This document shows, piece after piece, positions 46,819-57,174 of a stretch of 64,000 bases of DNA. The position numbers and the translations under genes are program-made. The stretch is from positions 1,088,001 to 1,152,000 of the forward strand of contig CAWIIP010000002.1 in NCBI GenBank assembly GCA_963836235.1, in the 5' to 3' direction. The DNA comes from an uncultured Pseudomonadota bacterium (GTDB lineage Bacteria; Oederibacteriota; Muellerivitia; Muellerivitales; Muellerivitaceae). The notes beneath the pieces are model-generated. The model was not told the DNA's origin. It ran no database searches and saw only the letters and a list, made by a program, of their open reading frames with translations. Numbering within the stretch: position 1 is the first letter of the stretch; every line of letters begins with the position of its first letter.

Positions 46819-48232
46819 TCGCTTCCTTCTTCCAAGCCGGATTTTTAAACCAAAACATGAAAATTAACCCCAGGACCAGCACGATGGCCCCGCCGTATTT
46901 CAAGTAAATGCCCGGGTCCTTCCCCACGGAAAAGACCGAGGTATAGGTGCCGTCCGGTTCCGCCTCGTAACTGGCCTGGTACACGGTGTAGCCCAGGTAA
47001 TGGAGGGGTTCGTTCATGCTGATGGTGACGGGGACCTGGGTTCCCTTGTCCTGGTCGATGTAATAGACGTTGCTGGCGTAGGAAGCGGGCTTATCGGTGC
47101 CGGGGTCGAACCCTACCTTGAACTTAACCAGTTGGAGCTTAAAAGGCAACTCCAGCCGCTTGGGCCCATAGGAGATGGAAAAGGTTTGGCCGTCGGCCAA
47201 AGTGAAGGAAACCGGTGCGCTTTGGTACCCCAGCCAGCCGTCTTTCTTGTCCGGCTGGCGCAAGACCTCGTAATGCAGGGCCGGTTCGGGGTCTTTTTGG
47301 TAGGGCAGGGGCTGGGGCTCGTAAACTTCCTCCGGAACCGCGTCGGGGAGGCGCTCCTCCACCTTGAACTGCATATCCATCCAGCCCGTCGAGTAGTCCT
47401 GGCCTACTTGCAGGTCCTGGACCGGCTGAAATTCCCCATGGTACCGGGTTTGATATTTCAGGCCGCCCTGGGGGGTAACCAGGATCGCCAGGGCGTTGGT
47501 GCTCATGTCCTTGGACCCATGGGCCAGGAGCTTTTTCCAATTCTCCTCTTTTTCGTAAAAAACTGAGGCAGGACCCAAGTCCAAATGATCGAAATCCGGG
47601 TTTCCCATGAAAAGCCATTGGTTCTCGTTCACAAAGGAGCTGTTCAGGATTAAATGGATGGAAGGATAGCCCTTTTCGCCCTGTTCCACCTCCCGGCCCC
47701 GGACAATCTTTTCGGCGTTGAGATAGAACTGGTCCACCATCAAAAGCCCCCCCTCGGGCATATTGACGAGCAGGGGATGGTCGGCGTTGGGAACCCGGAA
47801 GTTAAAGGAAGCCGGTATCTTTTCGATGACCCCGTCGCCGAACTGGTAATAAAGGTTGGGCTTGTCTTCCTGGAAAACGTGGCCTTCTTCCCCTTCTTTC
47901 AGGGCGATTTGGCCGTCCACCCCCATTTGCTGGGTGACCAGCGAACCCGCCAGGACGCAGATGATCCCTAAGTGGGTGACCACGAAGCCGATTTGGTATT
48001 TCTTCCAGGGAAAGCGGGAAAAGGCTGAACAAAAGAGGTTGACGGCCAAGAGCACCAGGAACCCCCCGAACCACCAGGTGCCATAGACGAACCTTTTGGC
48101 GATGGGCGTGGAAAAGCGTGACTCCACGATGGTGCCGGTGGCCAGGAGCGCCGCCAGGATGAGGATCATGGGCAGGGCCAGCTGGACGGAGCCCAGGAAT
48201 TTGAGCGTTCGGTTTTCCCTAAAAGGATTCAA
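46811..48232 (-). CDS. resB: Cytochrome c biogenesis protein ResB/CcsB
   Basis: ATGTIVES, FVVTHLG, ISMNEPL...YQASY, KDPG; overlaps ccsA. Confidence 0.88.
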   Translation of the reverse strand: MNPFRENRTLKFLGSVQLALPMILILAALLATGTIVESRFSTPIAKRFVYGTWWFGGFLVLLAVNLFCSAFSRFPWKKYQIGFVVTHLGIICVLAGSLVTQQMGVDGQIALKEGEEGHVFQEDKPNLYYQFGDGVIEKIPASFNFRVPNADHPLLVNMPEGGLLMVDQFYLNAEKIVRGREVEQGEKGYPSIHLILNSSFVNENQWLFMGNPDFDHLDLGPASVFYEKEENWKKLLAHGSKDMSTNALAILVTPQGGLKYQTRYHGEFQPVQDLQVGQDYSTGWMDMQFKVEERLPDAVPEEVYEPQPLPYQKDPEPALHYEVLRQPDKKDGWLGYQSAPVSFTLADGQTFSISYGPKRLELPFKLQLVKFKVGFDPGTDKPASYASNVYYIDQDKGTQVPVTISMNEPLHYLGYTVYQASYEAEPDGTYTSVFSVGKDPGIYLKYGGAIVLVLGLIFMFWFKNPAWKKEANA

Positions 48233-48310
48233 TGCCGTCTCCCTTGGTTTAAAGCGGGGAGTATCTTAAGCGGGGTAGGGGGTCAACACAAGTGACGCCG
48301 GTCATAAAAC

Positions 48311-48347
48311 AAAAAACCCCGCCCCGGAGGACCGGAGAGGGGGTTTT
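48311..48347 (-). terminator. Intrinsic terminator
   Basis: GC-rich hairpin followed by a U-run on the minus strand. Confidence 0.6.
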
Positions 48348-48363
48348 GATGAACTAAAGTGGA

Positions 48364-49347
48364 TTAAATATTAATGTTCAACCCGACTTCGATGGGAATG
48401 TACCCGGCGGTTCCGCCCTGGCCAATGATCAAAGTATATTTAGCTTCCCCGAAAATATTCATGTCGGGGCCCATGGGAAGCTCGACACCTCCGCCCACTT
48501 GAATCGTCGGATAAATGCTGGAACCGCCGGGGGTGGAATAAGAGGTGTTAGGAAGCAAAGCTTCGTAATAAGGCGTATTGTAAGGTGGATCGAGAGTGTA
48601 GGTAGTCGAACCTGAACTGGACACCCCAAACATCGAAAGGCCCGCCCCGCCTAAAAGATAGGGTTTCATCCCGTTTCCCTCAAAGCGATATTTGCCGGAG
48701 GCCAAAATTTCAATGTTGGTCCAATTACCGTTGGAGACTTGAGTGCTTGAATAATAACTAGGAATTCCACCCTGTGTGGTGATGGTATTACTAAAGGTGT
48801 AAAAACCCACCGAACCTCCGATGAATAAACCATTTCCCGCAGGGAAATACCCCGCCACTCCTCCGCCAAACCCGAGGCCATACCCGCCCGAGGAAGATAA
48901 GGCGATCCCCGCCATAGGGTCCAACTCAAAACTCTTCGCTGAAGCGGCGCCTGTGGGCTTCATCGCCGCGGAAGGGGAAGTGGCTGTGTTAGAAGCCGTC
49001 GCCGCCGCGGGAGCGGGGGTTCCGGCCTGGGCCTGAAGGCTTTGCACGAAACTCGCCAGTTGGGGATTGTTAGGATTGATGGACAAGGCTTTTTGGTAGT
49101 TCACCAGGGCATTGGCGCTGTCGCCCTTGCCGTAATAACAATTCCCCATTCCCTGGTAAGACTGCCAGGAATTGGGATTGGTTTGAACCGCCCCTTGGTA
49201 ATAGCGGATGGCCAAATCGTAATTCTTTTGGGCGTAATAAGTATTGCCCGCGGCGTAATATTGCGCGGACATATCCTGCGCCCAGGAAGCCGAGGCCAAC
49301 CCGGTTAAAGTCATGAACATCACCACCACGAATCTCAATTGTTTCAT
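48364..49347 (-). CDS. TPR + outer-membrane beta-barrel fusion
   Basis: Signal peptide; TPRs; Ala-rich linker; KPYLLGGAG, IFGEAKY, terminal strand GLNINI. Confidence 0.8.
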   Translation of the reverse strand: MKQLRFVVVMFMTLTGLASASWAQDMSAQYYAAGNTYYAQKNYDLAIRYYQGAVQTNPNSWQSYQGMGNCYYGKGDSANALVNYQKALSINPNNPQLASFVQSLQAQAGTPAPAAATASNTATSPSAAMKPTGAASAKSFELDPMAGIALSSSGGYGLGFGGGVAGYFPAGNGLFIGGSVGFYTFSNTITTQGGIPSYYSSTQVSNGNWTNIEILASGKYRFEGNGMKPYLLGGAGLSMFGVSSSGSTTYTLDPPYNTPYYEALLPNTSYSTPGGSSIYPTIQVGGGVELPMGPDMNIFGEAKYTLIIGQGGTAGYIPIEVGLNINI

Positions 49348-49584
49348 GTTGTTCACCTTTTCAAGTTTTAAATATGGAACGGCTCAACTTTTACTTTGGA
49401 AAAACCGGAGGCAACCGAAGATTCAAAATAAATTCAGAAGATCCAAATAGAACGGCGGACTCATGTCGGCAAACGATGGCCCGTGAGACAAGCGGGGGTA
49501 ATTATATCAACAAATTAGGGCAATCAATGTTAATTCAGGGGCTTTTGGGGAATGGGATGGCCGGAAAAGAGCCGTTTAAAAATA

Positions 49585-49618
49585 AAAAACCCCGCCCTCC
49601 CAAAGGAAAGCGGGGTTG
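49585..49618 (-). terminator. Intrinsic terminator
   Basis: AAAAAACCCCGC...GCGGGGTT. Confidence 0.65.
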
Positions 49619-49637
49619 GTGATTAAAACAAACCGGC

Positions 49638-50696
49638 TTACAGGGACAAATTCACGCCCAATTGGACGGGAATCGAAAGGATCGGGCTATCCGAGGTGGC
49701 GCTATTGGGGCCATGGATCAGTTCGCCGGTCAGCCCCGAGGTAGGAGCGAAATCCAGGGCCACTTTTCCCTGGACGAAGAGGTTGAAGTCCTTGGCGACG
49801 TTGAAGGCCACGCCGAGTCCCGGGTCCAGCTCGAAATTAATCCAGCTCTCGTCGTTGGAAAAGGGGTTGTCAAGAGAATAGTCGAAAGCCACGCCCGCGC
49901 CCAAAAGCACGAAGGGGGTTACCACGCTGCCGGTGTTGATATTGTATTGGCCGACCAATTCCACGGGAACGTGGTTGAGGCCGCCGACACCGCCCCAAAC
50001 CTTGTTCGAAGCGGGAGTGGACCATTCATCAACGCCACATTCTAAGCCCAAGGTGAAGTCCTTGGAAAAGGCGTAACCGATCAAGCCTTCAATGGCGGGT
50101 CCGGCGCTGGTATTGTCCGCCAAACCGCTGCTGGCGGGAATCGTCAGCCCGCCCTGAATCTGAATCACTATTTTGCCATTATCCGAACCGGAGGGCATAG
50201 GGCTGGAAGGTTTGCTGCTGGCGGCCGCGACGGGAGTAGAAGCCACAGTGGCCGCGGTGGGAACCGGAGTGGCCACCATGGTGACAGTGGATGTGGAAGC
50301 GGTGGCAACGGTTGGAGTTGAGGCCGTAGTGGCCGGGACCGACGAAACGACGGCGGCGGCGGTAGAAGTAGCCGCCTTCGCCTGCATGCTTTGGGCCAAA
50401 CTCGCCAAGTGAGGGTTATTAGGATTGAGGGCCAGGGATTTTTGATAATTCATCAAGGCGGTGGCGCTGTCGCCCTTCACGTAATAACAATTCCCCAAGC
50501 CTTGGTAAGCCTGCCAGGAATTGGGGTTGGCTTGCAAAACAGCCTGGTAATCGATGATGGCTTGGTCATAATTTTTCGCGCCATAGGCCATATTAGCCGC
50601 CGATAAAGTTTGTCCTGAGGCGTCTTGGGCCCGTGCGGACCCGGCCAGACCGGCCAAAAGGATCAATGCCGCGATCACGAATCTCAATAGTTTCAT
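49638..50696 (-). CDS. TPR + outer-membrane beta-barrel fusion (paralogue)
   Basis: Near-identical TPR block (NPNSWQAYQGLGNCYY); Ser/Thr/Ala linker; TPFVLLGAG; terminal GVNLSL. Confidence 0.8.
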   Translation of the reverse strand: MKLLRFVIAALILLAGLAGSARAQDASGQTLSAANMAYGAKNYDQAIIDYQAVLQANPNSWQAYQGLGNCYYVKGDSATALMNYQKSLALNPNNPHLASLAQSMQAKAATSTAAAVVSSVPATTASTPTVATASTSTVTMVATPVPTAATVASTPVAAASSKPSSPMPSGSDNGKIVIQIQGGLTIPASSGLADNTSAGPAIEGLIGYAFSKDFTLGLECGVDEWSTPASNKVWGGVGGLNHVPVELVGQYNINTGSVVTPFVLLGAGVAFDYSLDNPFSNDESWINFELDPGLGVAFNVAKDFNLFVQGKVALDFAPTSGLTGELIHGPNSATSDSPILSIPVQLGVNLSL

Positions 50697-50841
50697 TTTG
50701 CTCACCTTTTTCAGTTTAATGTGTGGAACAACCAATCTTATTCTTTGGAAAAGCGGCGACAACCGGAAATTCCAAAGGGTTCGACGAAGAGCGGTAATTA
50801 TATCAACAATTATTGGCCGAAGAAGAAGAATGAGGGGCCTT

Positions 50842-51276
50842 TTAGGGCCTTGAAATGGGCGTTATGGGGCCTGGGGGAGGAAGTGGGGCCAAAGCCGGAA
50901 GGGGCAGGGGCGCCCATCGGGGGACCGGAGTCGGGGTCGGAACCGGATTGAGTTTACTCCGCAGGTACATAACGAACCGCGTCAATTCGCTGTTATCCGG
51001 ATTTATTTTGTAAGCCTTTTCATAATATTTTAGGGCGTCCTTATATTTCTTTTGGTAGAAGGCGCAATTGCCAAGCCCCACGTAAGCCTGCCAGCAGTCG
51101 TCCTTGTCATCAATGGCGGATTGGTAATAGTCGACGGCCAGGTCGTATTTCTGGCTGTTATAGGCCTGGTTTCCCATTTCCATGAACTGGGGATAATGGT
51201 CATTTTGGGCATAGGCCATTTCACTGAGGCCCACCCACAAAAAGAAAAAAGAGCCAATCCATAATTTAAATTTCAT
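50842..51276 (-). CDS. Secreted TPR protein with Pro-rich tail
   Basis: Same TPR family (WQAYVGLGNCAFY...INPDN). Confidence 0.8.
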   Translation of the reverse strand: MKFKLWIGSFFFLWVGLSEMAYAQNDHYPQFMEMGNQAYNSQKYDLAVDYYQSAIDDKDDCWQAYVGLGNCAFYQKKYKDALKYYEKAYKINPDNSELTRFVMYLRSKLNPVPTPTPVPRWAPLPLPALAPLPPPGPITPISRP

Positions 51277-51371
51277 ACCCGTCCCTTTGATGGGTGAATT
51301 ATATCAACAAATCAGAAGAAGTGGATTGAACGGCTCCACCTGAGACAAAACCCATTACCTAAAAAGGAAGG

Positions 51372-52097
51372 CTAGGAAATAGCTTCCCCTAAATAAGCCT
51401 GTTTGACTCTTGGGTTTTGGAGAATTTGACTCGCCTCTCCCTCCAAAAGGATCTCCCCCGTTTCAAGCACATAAGCGGCGCGGGAAGCTTCCAACGCCAG
51501 TTGGGCGTTCTGTTCCACCAATAATATGGTCGTCCCTTCCCGGTTGATTTTCGCGATGGTCTCAAAAATAAGTTCAATGACTTGGGGGGCCAAACCCAAG
51601 GAAGGTTCGTCCAGGAGCAATAATTGGGGCCGGGCCATGAGCGCACGCCCAATGGCCAGCATTTGCTGTTCCCCACCGGACAAAGTTCCCGCCATTTGCT
51701 TGGAACGTTCCTTTAACCGGGGGAAAAGATCATAGGCCTTTTCCAAGTCCTTTAGGATTTCCGCCCGGTCATGGCGCGAATAGGCGCCCAAATCCAAATT
51801 TTCCTCCACCGTCAAGTTGGGAAATACCCCCCGTCCCTCGGGGCATTGGACAATCCCCATCCGCACCAGTTCGTGGGGAGCCAAAGCGGTGATGTTTTGG
51901 CCATTGAAAAGAATTTCGCCGCTGGAAGGGCGCTTCATTCCGGAAATGGCCCGAAGAACCGTGGACTTCCCGGCCCCGTTAGCCCCGATGAGGCAGACGA
52001 TCGAACCAGCAAGAACATTCAAGCTGACTCCCCTTAGAGCCTGAATGGAGTCGTAAAAAACCGAAAGATTTTTGATTTCCAAAAGGGGTTGGGTCAT
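51372..52097 (-). CDS. livF: Branched-chain amino acid ABC ATPase LivF
   Basis: GANGAGKS, PEGRGVF, LSGGEQQMLA, LDEPSLGL. Confidence 0.93.
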   Translation of the reverse strand: MTQPLLEIKNLSVFYDSIQALRGVSLNVLAGSIVCLIGANGAGKSTVLRAISGMKRPSSGEILFNGQNITALAPHELVRMGIVQCPEGRGVFPNLTVEENLDLGAYSRHDRAEILKDLEKAYDLFPRLKERSKQMAGTLSGGEQQMLAIGRALMARPQLLLLDEPSLGLAPQVIELIFETIAKINREGTTILLVEQNAQLALEASRAAYVLETGEILLEGEASQILQNPRVKQAYLGEAIS

Positions 52098-52885
52098 TTT
52101 TTCTTTTTAATACCCAGGTAGGCCTCAACAACTTTGGGGTCTTCTTGAATTTCTTTCGCGGTTCCTTCGGCGATCTTAATGCCGTGGTCCATCACGTAAA
52201 TCTTCTCGCAAATGCCCATCACCACTTTCATGTCATGCTCGATCAAAAGGATGGAAAGGTTGAATTCCCTGCGCAACCGCTGGATGGTCTGCATCAACCA
52301 CTGGGATTCCTGGGGGTTCATGCCCGCGGCGGGCTCGTCCAGCAGGAGAATCCGGGCTCCTGTCGCCAAGGCCCGGGCAATCTCCAGTTTTTTCTGGTCG
52401 CCATAAGGCAAGGCGCCCGCCAAAGCTCCCTTTCGGGAGGTCAATTCCAATACCCGCATCAAGCGGTCCGTTTCCTCGCCGAAGGCCTTTTCCACCTCCT
52501 GGAACCTTTGGGTCTGCCCCAGCGCCGCCCCGACGCCATAGGGATGGGAATGATGGAAAGCCACCTTGATATTGGTCTCGACCGTCAGGTCCTTGAAGAG
52601 TCGGATGTTTTGAAAGGTGCGGACCAGGCCCAAATGGGTGATCTGGCTGGGCTTCAATCCGAGGATGGATTTGCCCAAAACCCTGACGTCCCCCCTTTGG
52701 GGCCGGTAAATGCCCGAGAGGATGTTGAAAACGGTGGTTTTGCCCGCCCCATTGGGCCCGATGAGCCCCGCCAATTCGCCTGCGCGAAGCACCATAGAAA
52801 AATCATCGACGGCCACCAACCCGCCGAAAGAAAGGGTGACATTTTCCACGTCCAAGACCAGGTGGCGTTCTTTCGGTTTTTCCAA
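52094..52885 (-). CDS. livG: Branched-chain amino acid ABC ATPase LivG
   Basis: FGGLVAV, GPNGAGKT, RTFQNIRLF, LPYGDQK, DEPAAGMN. Confidence 0.93.
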   Translation of the reverse strand: MEKPKERHLVLDVENVTLSFGGLVAVDDFSMVLRAGELAGLIGPNGAGKTTVFNILSGIYRPQRGDVRVLGKSILGLKPSQITHLGLVRTFQNIRLFKDLTVETNIKVAFHHSHPYGVGAALGQTQRFQEVEKAFGEETDRLMRVLELTSRKGALAGALPYGDQKKLEIARALATGARILLLDEPAAGMNPQESQWLMQTIQRLRREFNLSILLIEHDMKVVMGICEKIYVMDHGIKIAEGTAKEIQEDPKVVEAYLGIKKKK

Positions 52886-53036
52886 TTCGGCCTCGAACCC
52901 TTTTATTCTCAGAAACAGTGTAAACCAAACCCAAAGAAAAGTTTTGAGTTTTGATGGACGGGTGTTAAGTTATGGGCCGTTTTCCATCGTTTCTTTTAAA
53001 CGCGGGAAAATTTCTAAACTTAAACCTGGAATTCGA

Positions 53037-53708
53037 ATGGACCTGCTCATTTTTGATTTTGACGGACTCATCTTGGACACCGAAACGGTGATCTTTGAGG
53101 CTTGGAACGAAATATTCCAATCTTACGGCCTTCAATTGCCCCTTTCCGAATGGGCCTCCTGCATCGGCACTTCCCACCACGCCTTTGACGTTTTCGGTTA
53201 TTTGGAAACCCGGTTGGGCCGCCCCGTTGACCGCAAGGAACTGGCCGAACGCCACCACCGCCGGATTATGGACCGGCTCCAGACCATGGAACCCCGCGCG
53301 GGAGTCATCGAATACCTGAAGGAGGCTCAACGCGAAAGAATCGCCATCGCCCTGGCTTCCAGCTCCCACCAGAAGTGGGTCATGGGGCATCTTTCGCGCT
53401 TGAACCTGGCCGAATGCTTTCATTCCATCCGCACCGCGGATGACGTCCAAAACGTCAAACCCCATCCCGAGTTATATGAACTCACCCTGACTTTTATGGG
53501 CGTTTCCCCCGGCCGCGCCATCGCCTTTGAGGATTCACCCAATGGGGTCACGGCCGCCCAAGCCGCCGGCATTTATTGCGTGGCGGTGCCCAATCCGGTC
53601 ACGAAAAACCTTTCTTTGGATCATGCCGACGAACGCATCGAATCCATGGGGGACATCGGCTTGCAGGAACTGCTCCATCGCATCGAAACCAGCCGCGCGC
53701 AAGGTTAA
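53037..53708 (+). CDS. HAD-superfamily hydrolase
   Basis: IFDFDGLILDTE, ASSS, KPHPELY, FEDSPNG. Confidence 0.93.
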   Translation: MDLLIFDFDGLILDTETVIFEAWNEIFQSYGLQLPLSEWASCIGTSHHAFDVFGYLETRLGRPVDRKELAERHHRRIMDRLQTMEPRAGVIEYLKEAQRERIAIALASSSHQKWVMGHLSRLNLAECFHSIRTADDVQNVKPHPELYELTLTFMGVSPGRAIAFEDSPNGVTAAQAAGIYCVAVPNPVTKNLSLDHADERIESMGDIGLQELLHRIETSRAQG

Positions 53709-53729
53709 AGCCCGGGATACTTCAGCTTT

Positions 53730-54416
53730 TTATTTTTCCGCGATGAGGATATTCGTCATTCCAAAAGGCTGTTGGAAATCCAAAAGCTTGGCCAAAGGCA
53801 GGAGAAAAGTTGGCGTCTTGTTCGGCACCGTCATTCCATGGGAACCGGAAGCCACAACCTTTAGCCCGTTTTGGGCCATTTTTTCTTTCAAGTAACCCAT
53901 CGAAAACTTCAAGGCTTTGCGTTCCTCCGGCACCAGGGAGGAAAAAAGGTACATCAAAGGATTGTTTCGGTTCGGCTCCAGGACTACCACATACTTCCTC
54001 GAAACTCTTCGCATTTCCGTGAGTACGGCGTCGATATCCTCCACATGGTGTAAAAGGGCGTGGCAGAAAACCACGTCGAAAGCGAAATCCTGAAAACTTA
54101 AATGTGCCGCGTCCATTAACAACTTGTCGGGGACCGGGTTCTTTGCCAGCATTTTTCCTGAAAAATCGACCCCCACGACTTTGCAGATTTGGCCGAAATA
54201 GTGGGAAAAAAAACCGTTGCCGCAGCCCACATCCAAAAGTCGGATTTGGGGGTCCAGTGGAATCGTCCGCCGGATAAAATCAATCTTCGGAACTACATAT
54301 TGCCTTACCACCGGATGATCCGGCGGCCTGCGGTCGTCCAAGGATTTTCTTTCCCAATAATCTTTTTGAAACAAAAGTTCCTCTTCGTTTCTAGTTTTCA
54401 CCGGATTCCGCTCCAA
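53730..54416 (-). CDS. Class I SAM-dependent methyltransferase
   Basis: LLDVGCGNG, GVDFS, FDVV. Confidence 0.88.
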   Translation of the reverse strand: MERNPVKTRNEEELLFQKDYWERKSLDDRRPPDHPVVRQYVVPKIDFIRRTIPLDPQIRLLDVGCGNGFFSHYFGQICKVVGVDFSGKMLAKNPVPDKLLMDAAHLSFQDFAFDVVFCHALLHHVEDIDAVLTEMRRVSRKYVVVLEPNRNNPLMYLFSSLVPEERKALKFSMGYLKEKMAQNGLKVVASGSHGMTVPNKTPTFLLPLAKLLDFQQPFGMTNILIAEK

Positions 54417-54534
54417 AGCCTAAAATTCATTTCTATTCTGCGATTTTATGCAATTTTTTTCCACTTGAAAGGACCCGGTTTATAAACCACAAAACTGGGC
54501 TATACTCGGGGAACTTTAATTCAGCGGGGACAAA

Positions 54535-55389
54535 ATGTACCAGACCTTTTGGATGCGCCTGATATCGAATGAGCCGTATATCCGGTTCTATTGCTTTTTC
54601 GCCGTCTTTATCCTGATGGCCTTTTGGGAACAAAAGGCCTCCCGCCGTAAAGAAAAAGTCCCCCGCGTTCTCCGCTGGCCCAATAACCTGGGCCTGGGCT
54701 TTTTGAACCACTACTTTATCCGCGCCCTTTTGCCCGGAGCCGCCCTTTGGGCCGCAAATCTGGCCATTCGAAGCCGCTTCGGGCTATTTCAATGGGTGGA
54801 TGTCCCCGAAACTTTTTCCGTCTGGTTTACGGTCGTCATATTGGATTGGGTGTCTTATTACCAACACCGGGCCTTTCACGACATTCCCCTGCTTTGGAAA
54901 ATACACCGCATGCATCACACGGACCTGGAGGTGGATCTCACCACGGGAACGCGTTTTCACACCTTGGAAATATTAGTCTCGCTTTTGGTGAAATCATTGG
55001 CCGTTTTTCTTTTAGGCGCTCCCCTCGCCGGAGTTTTCCTGTTTGAACTTGTTTTGAACGCCTCAACCCTTTTCAACCATTCCAACGTCCGAATTCCGGC
55101 CTTTCTGGAAAAATCACTCCGCCTGGTTTTCGTTACCCCCGATATGCACCGTATCCACCATTCGACCATCCCCTCAGAGACCAATAGCAACTTTGGTTTC
55201 ATTTTTTGCGTTTGGGATAAGCTTTTCAAAACTTATCGTCCCCAACCAAGGGACGGACAGGAAAATATGAAATTAGGCCTGGAATTTCTTCGTGACTCAA
55301 AATACCTGGCGCTGACGCAACTCCTGAAGATCCCTTTTCTGGATAGCGACGGCCGATTCAAGTGGGACAATCTTACCAAGATAAAATGA
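54535..55389 (+). CDS. Sterol desaturase / fatty acid hydroxylase family protein
   Basis: His boxes HRAFH, HRMHH, FNHSN, HRIHH. Confidence 0.92.
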   Translation: MYQTFWMRLISNEPYIRFYCFFAVFILMAFWEQKASRRKEKVPRVLRWPNNLGLGFLNHYFIRALLPGAALWAANLAIRSRFGLFQWVDVPETFSVWFTVVILDWVSYYQHRAFHDIPLLWKIHRMHHTDLEVDLTTGTRFHTLEILVSLLVKSLAVFLLGAPLAGVFLFELVLNASTLFNHSNVRIPAFLEKSLRLVFVTPDMHRIHHSTIPSETNSNFGFIFCVWDKLFKTYRPQPRDGQENMKLGLEFLRDSKYLALTQLLKIPFLDSDGRFKWDNLTKIK

Positions 55390-55393
55390 AAAG

Positions 55394-57078
55394 TTAACGG
55401 ATCGATCCGGCGTTCGTGACGGGGGTATAGGGGCTATAACCCCGGTACTGCAGGAAAGGAACCGAAGCCAGCATGTGGTCGTCCGTTCTTTCCACTGGCT
55501 TTCCCGGAATCTCGAAATAATACCAGCTATCCCCCACTTTCCCTGTCGGTGTCCTATCCGCGATCCAACTTGTCGCGATGGGGCGCGTGGGAGGATAAGC
55601 CACGGGAGCCAATTGCAGAAAACCGGCGTTAATGACGTAAACCGTTCCGGGTTGCGGCCCTTCCAAGTCGCTCTCCATCCAGGGCTGCCAATGTAACCCG
55701 TAAAACCCGGGGTCAATCCCGCCGAAATAAGCCAAATGAACTTTCGACCAGCCCCGTTGTTTGGCGGCTTCGGCCAGCCTTTTTTGATCCTGCCCCCAAT
55801 CCAAATTGGAGTCCCCCAGGTAATGGATTTTTTTATCGGCGGGAACCAGTTCATTGAAATAACCGACCATTTGGGGGTCGCTCCAAACCACGCTCCCAGT
55901 TTGCCACAGCGCCAAGAGAACCACCGCCGCTCGCCCGGCTTTCCTGGGGGCGGCTTTCCAAGCCCAAATCACCGCCTCACCCGCGATAAGGAATAAAAAG
56001 GGGAAGGCCGGCAGGAGATAACGAATCCCCAGATTTAGGGATGGCAGCAGGGCCAAGAAAAACACCAAGGGCGTAACCCATTGCCAGCGTGGGATTTGGA
56101 TCTTTCCCGCCAATGCCAATCCCAAACCGGCGATCAAGAACAAAAGAAAAGGCAATGGTTCTTTTAGGAAAAAAGCGATCGGCAGGTAATACCAATGGCT
56201 TTCCAACCCACTATCCCCGAGAAAAAAAACGGGAAAAGGGTTTTGCGCGAAAGCCAAGTCCTCCTTGAATTTATCGATGACATAGCGAAAAGGCTGGTGA
56301 TGGTCGGGCCAAAGAATGGTGGCGGGAAGAAAAACCAGGAATGTGGTCAGGAAAAAACTGCCGGTCCCATGAATCCACCGATCACGGATTTCAAGCCTCC
56401 GTTCTTTTAAAAACAAGAGGTTCTCTTTTCCGTAATAAAACAAAAATTCCAGGATTATAAAAACCGGAAGTAAAACCAAGCAGTAAAACTTGGCATTAAA
56501 CGCGAGGCCCGTGAAGACTCCTGCGGCGGTGGAACGAAAAAAGGAGGGCTCCCTTTGGCAACGGTCAAAGGCCGCCACGGCCAGGAAGAAAAAAAAGCGG
56601 GGGCAATATCCGTCTTGGCCAGCCCCGACAAGGCGGAAAAAGCCGGGTCGAAGGCCCAAAAAAAGAGAACTGTCGCGGAGAAAATCAATTTTTCTCGGGT
56701 TATCCGCCATAGTAGGAATCCCACCCCCAAACCCAAGAGCCAGCTTACCGCCCGGGAAACCAAAGTGATGTTTTCTAATCGGTCCAAGTTCCATTGGAAG
56801 GTGAAAAAATGTCCCCGGTCGATGACATCTCCCGCGTAAGGCAGGGTCTTCAAATCCATCAAAAGAAGCGGAAGGGCCTGCAGGGCGCTTCCCAGCGGGG
56901 GATGGTTATGGGGCGTCACCACGTCCCCCTGGGTCCAATAGTAATAGCCATTGGCGATATCCGTGGGCTCGTCGTTGGTCAGGGAATTGGAGATAACCTG
57001 TGGAAGGACTTGGAGCGAAAAGAGGATCGCGAAAAAAAGAAAAAGGAAAAACGACTTGGGATTTTCTTTGAGTGGCAC
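55394..57078 (-). pseudogene. ArnT/PMT-like (GT-C) glycosyltransferase split by a frameshift at an 8-nt homopolymer
   Basis: 5' ORF has TNDEP...NHPPL and ends ...KTDIAPAFF; the 3' ORF continues FFLAVAAF...GDSNLDWGQD; the junction is at A8 (56589-56596). Confidence 0.8.
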
Positions 57079-57174
57079 AAGGCTATTTTAAAAGGGCCTG
57101 CCTAAAAAAGAAAGGCGCGGAACCCGGGGTTGGCCGCCGGATATCGCGCCCTTATGGCCTATCGAAAGGATTTG

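Noticed and set aside
52710-53036. N-terminal extension of the HAD ORF, and similar extensions on purE, lysE and the response regulator
   Set aside because: They overlap divergent genes or promoters; family motifs begin at downstream ATGs
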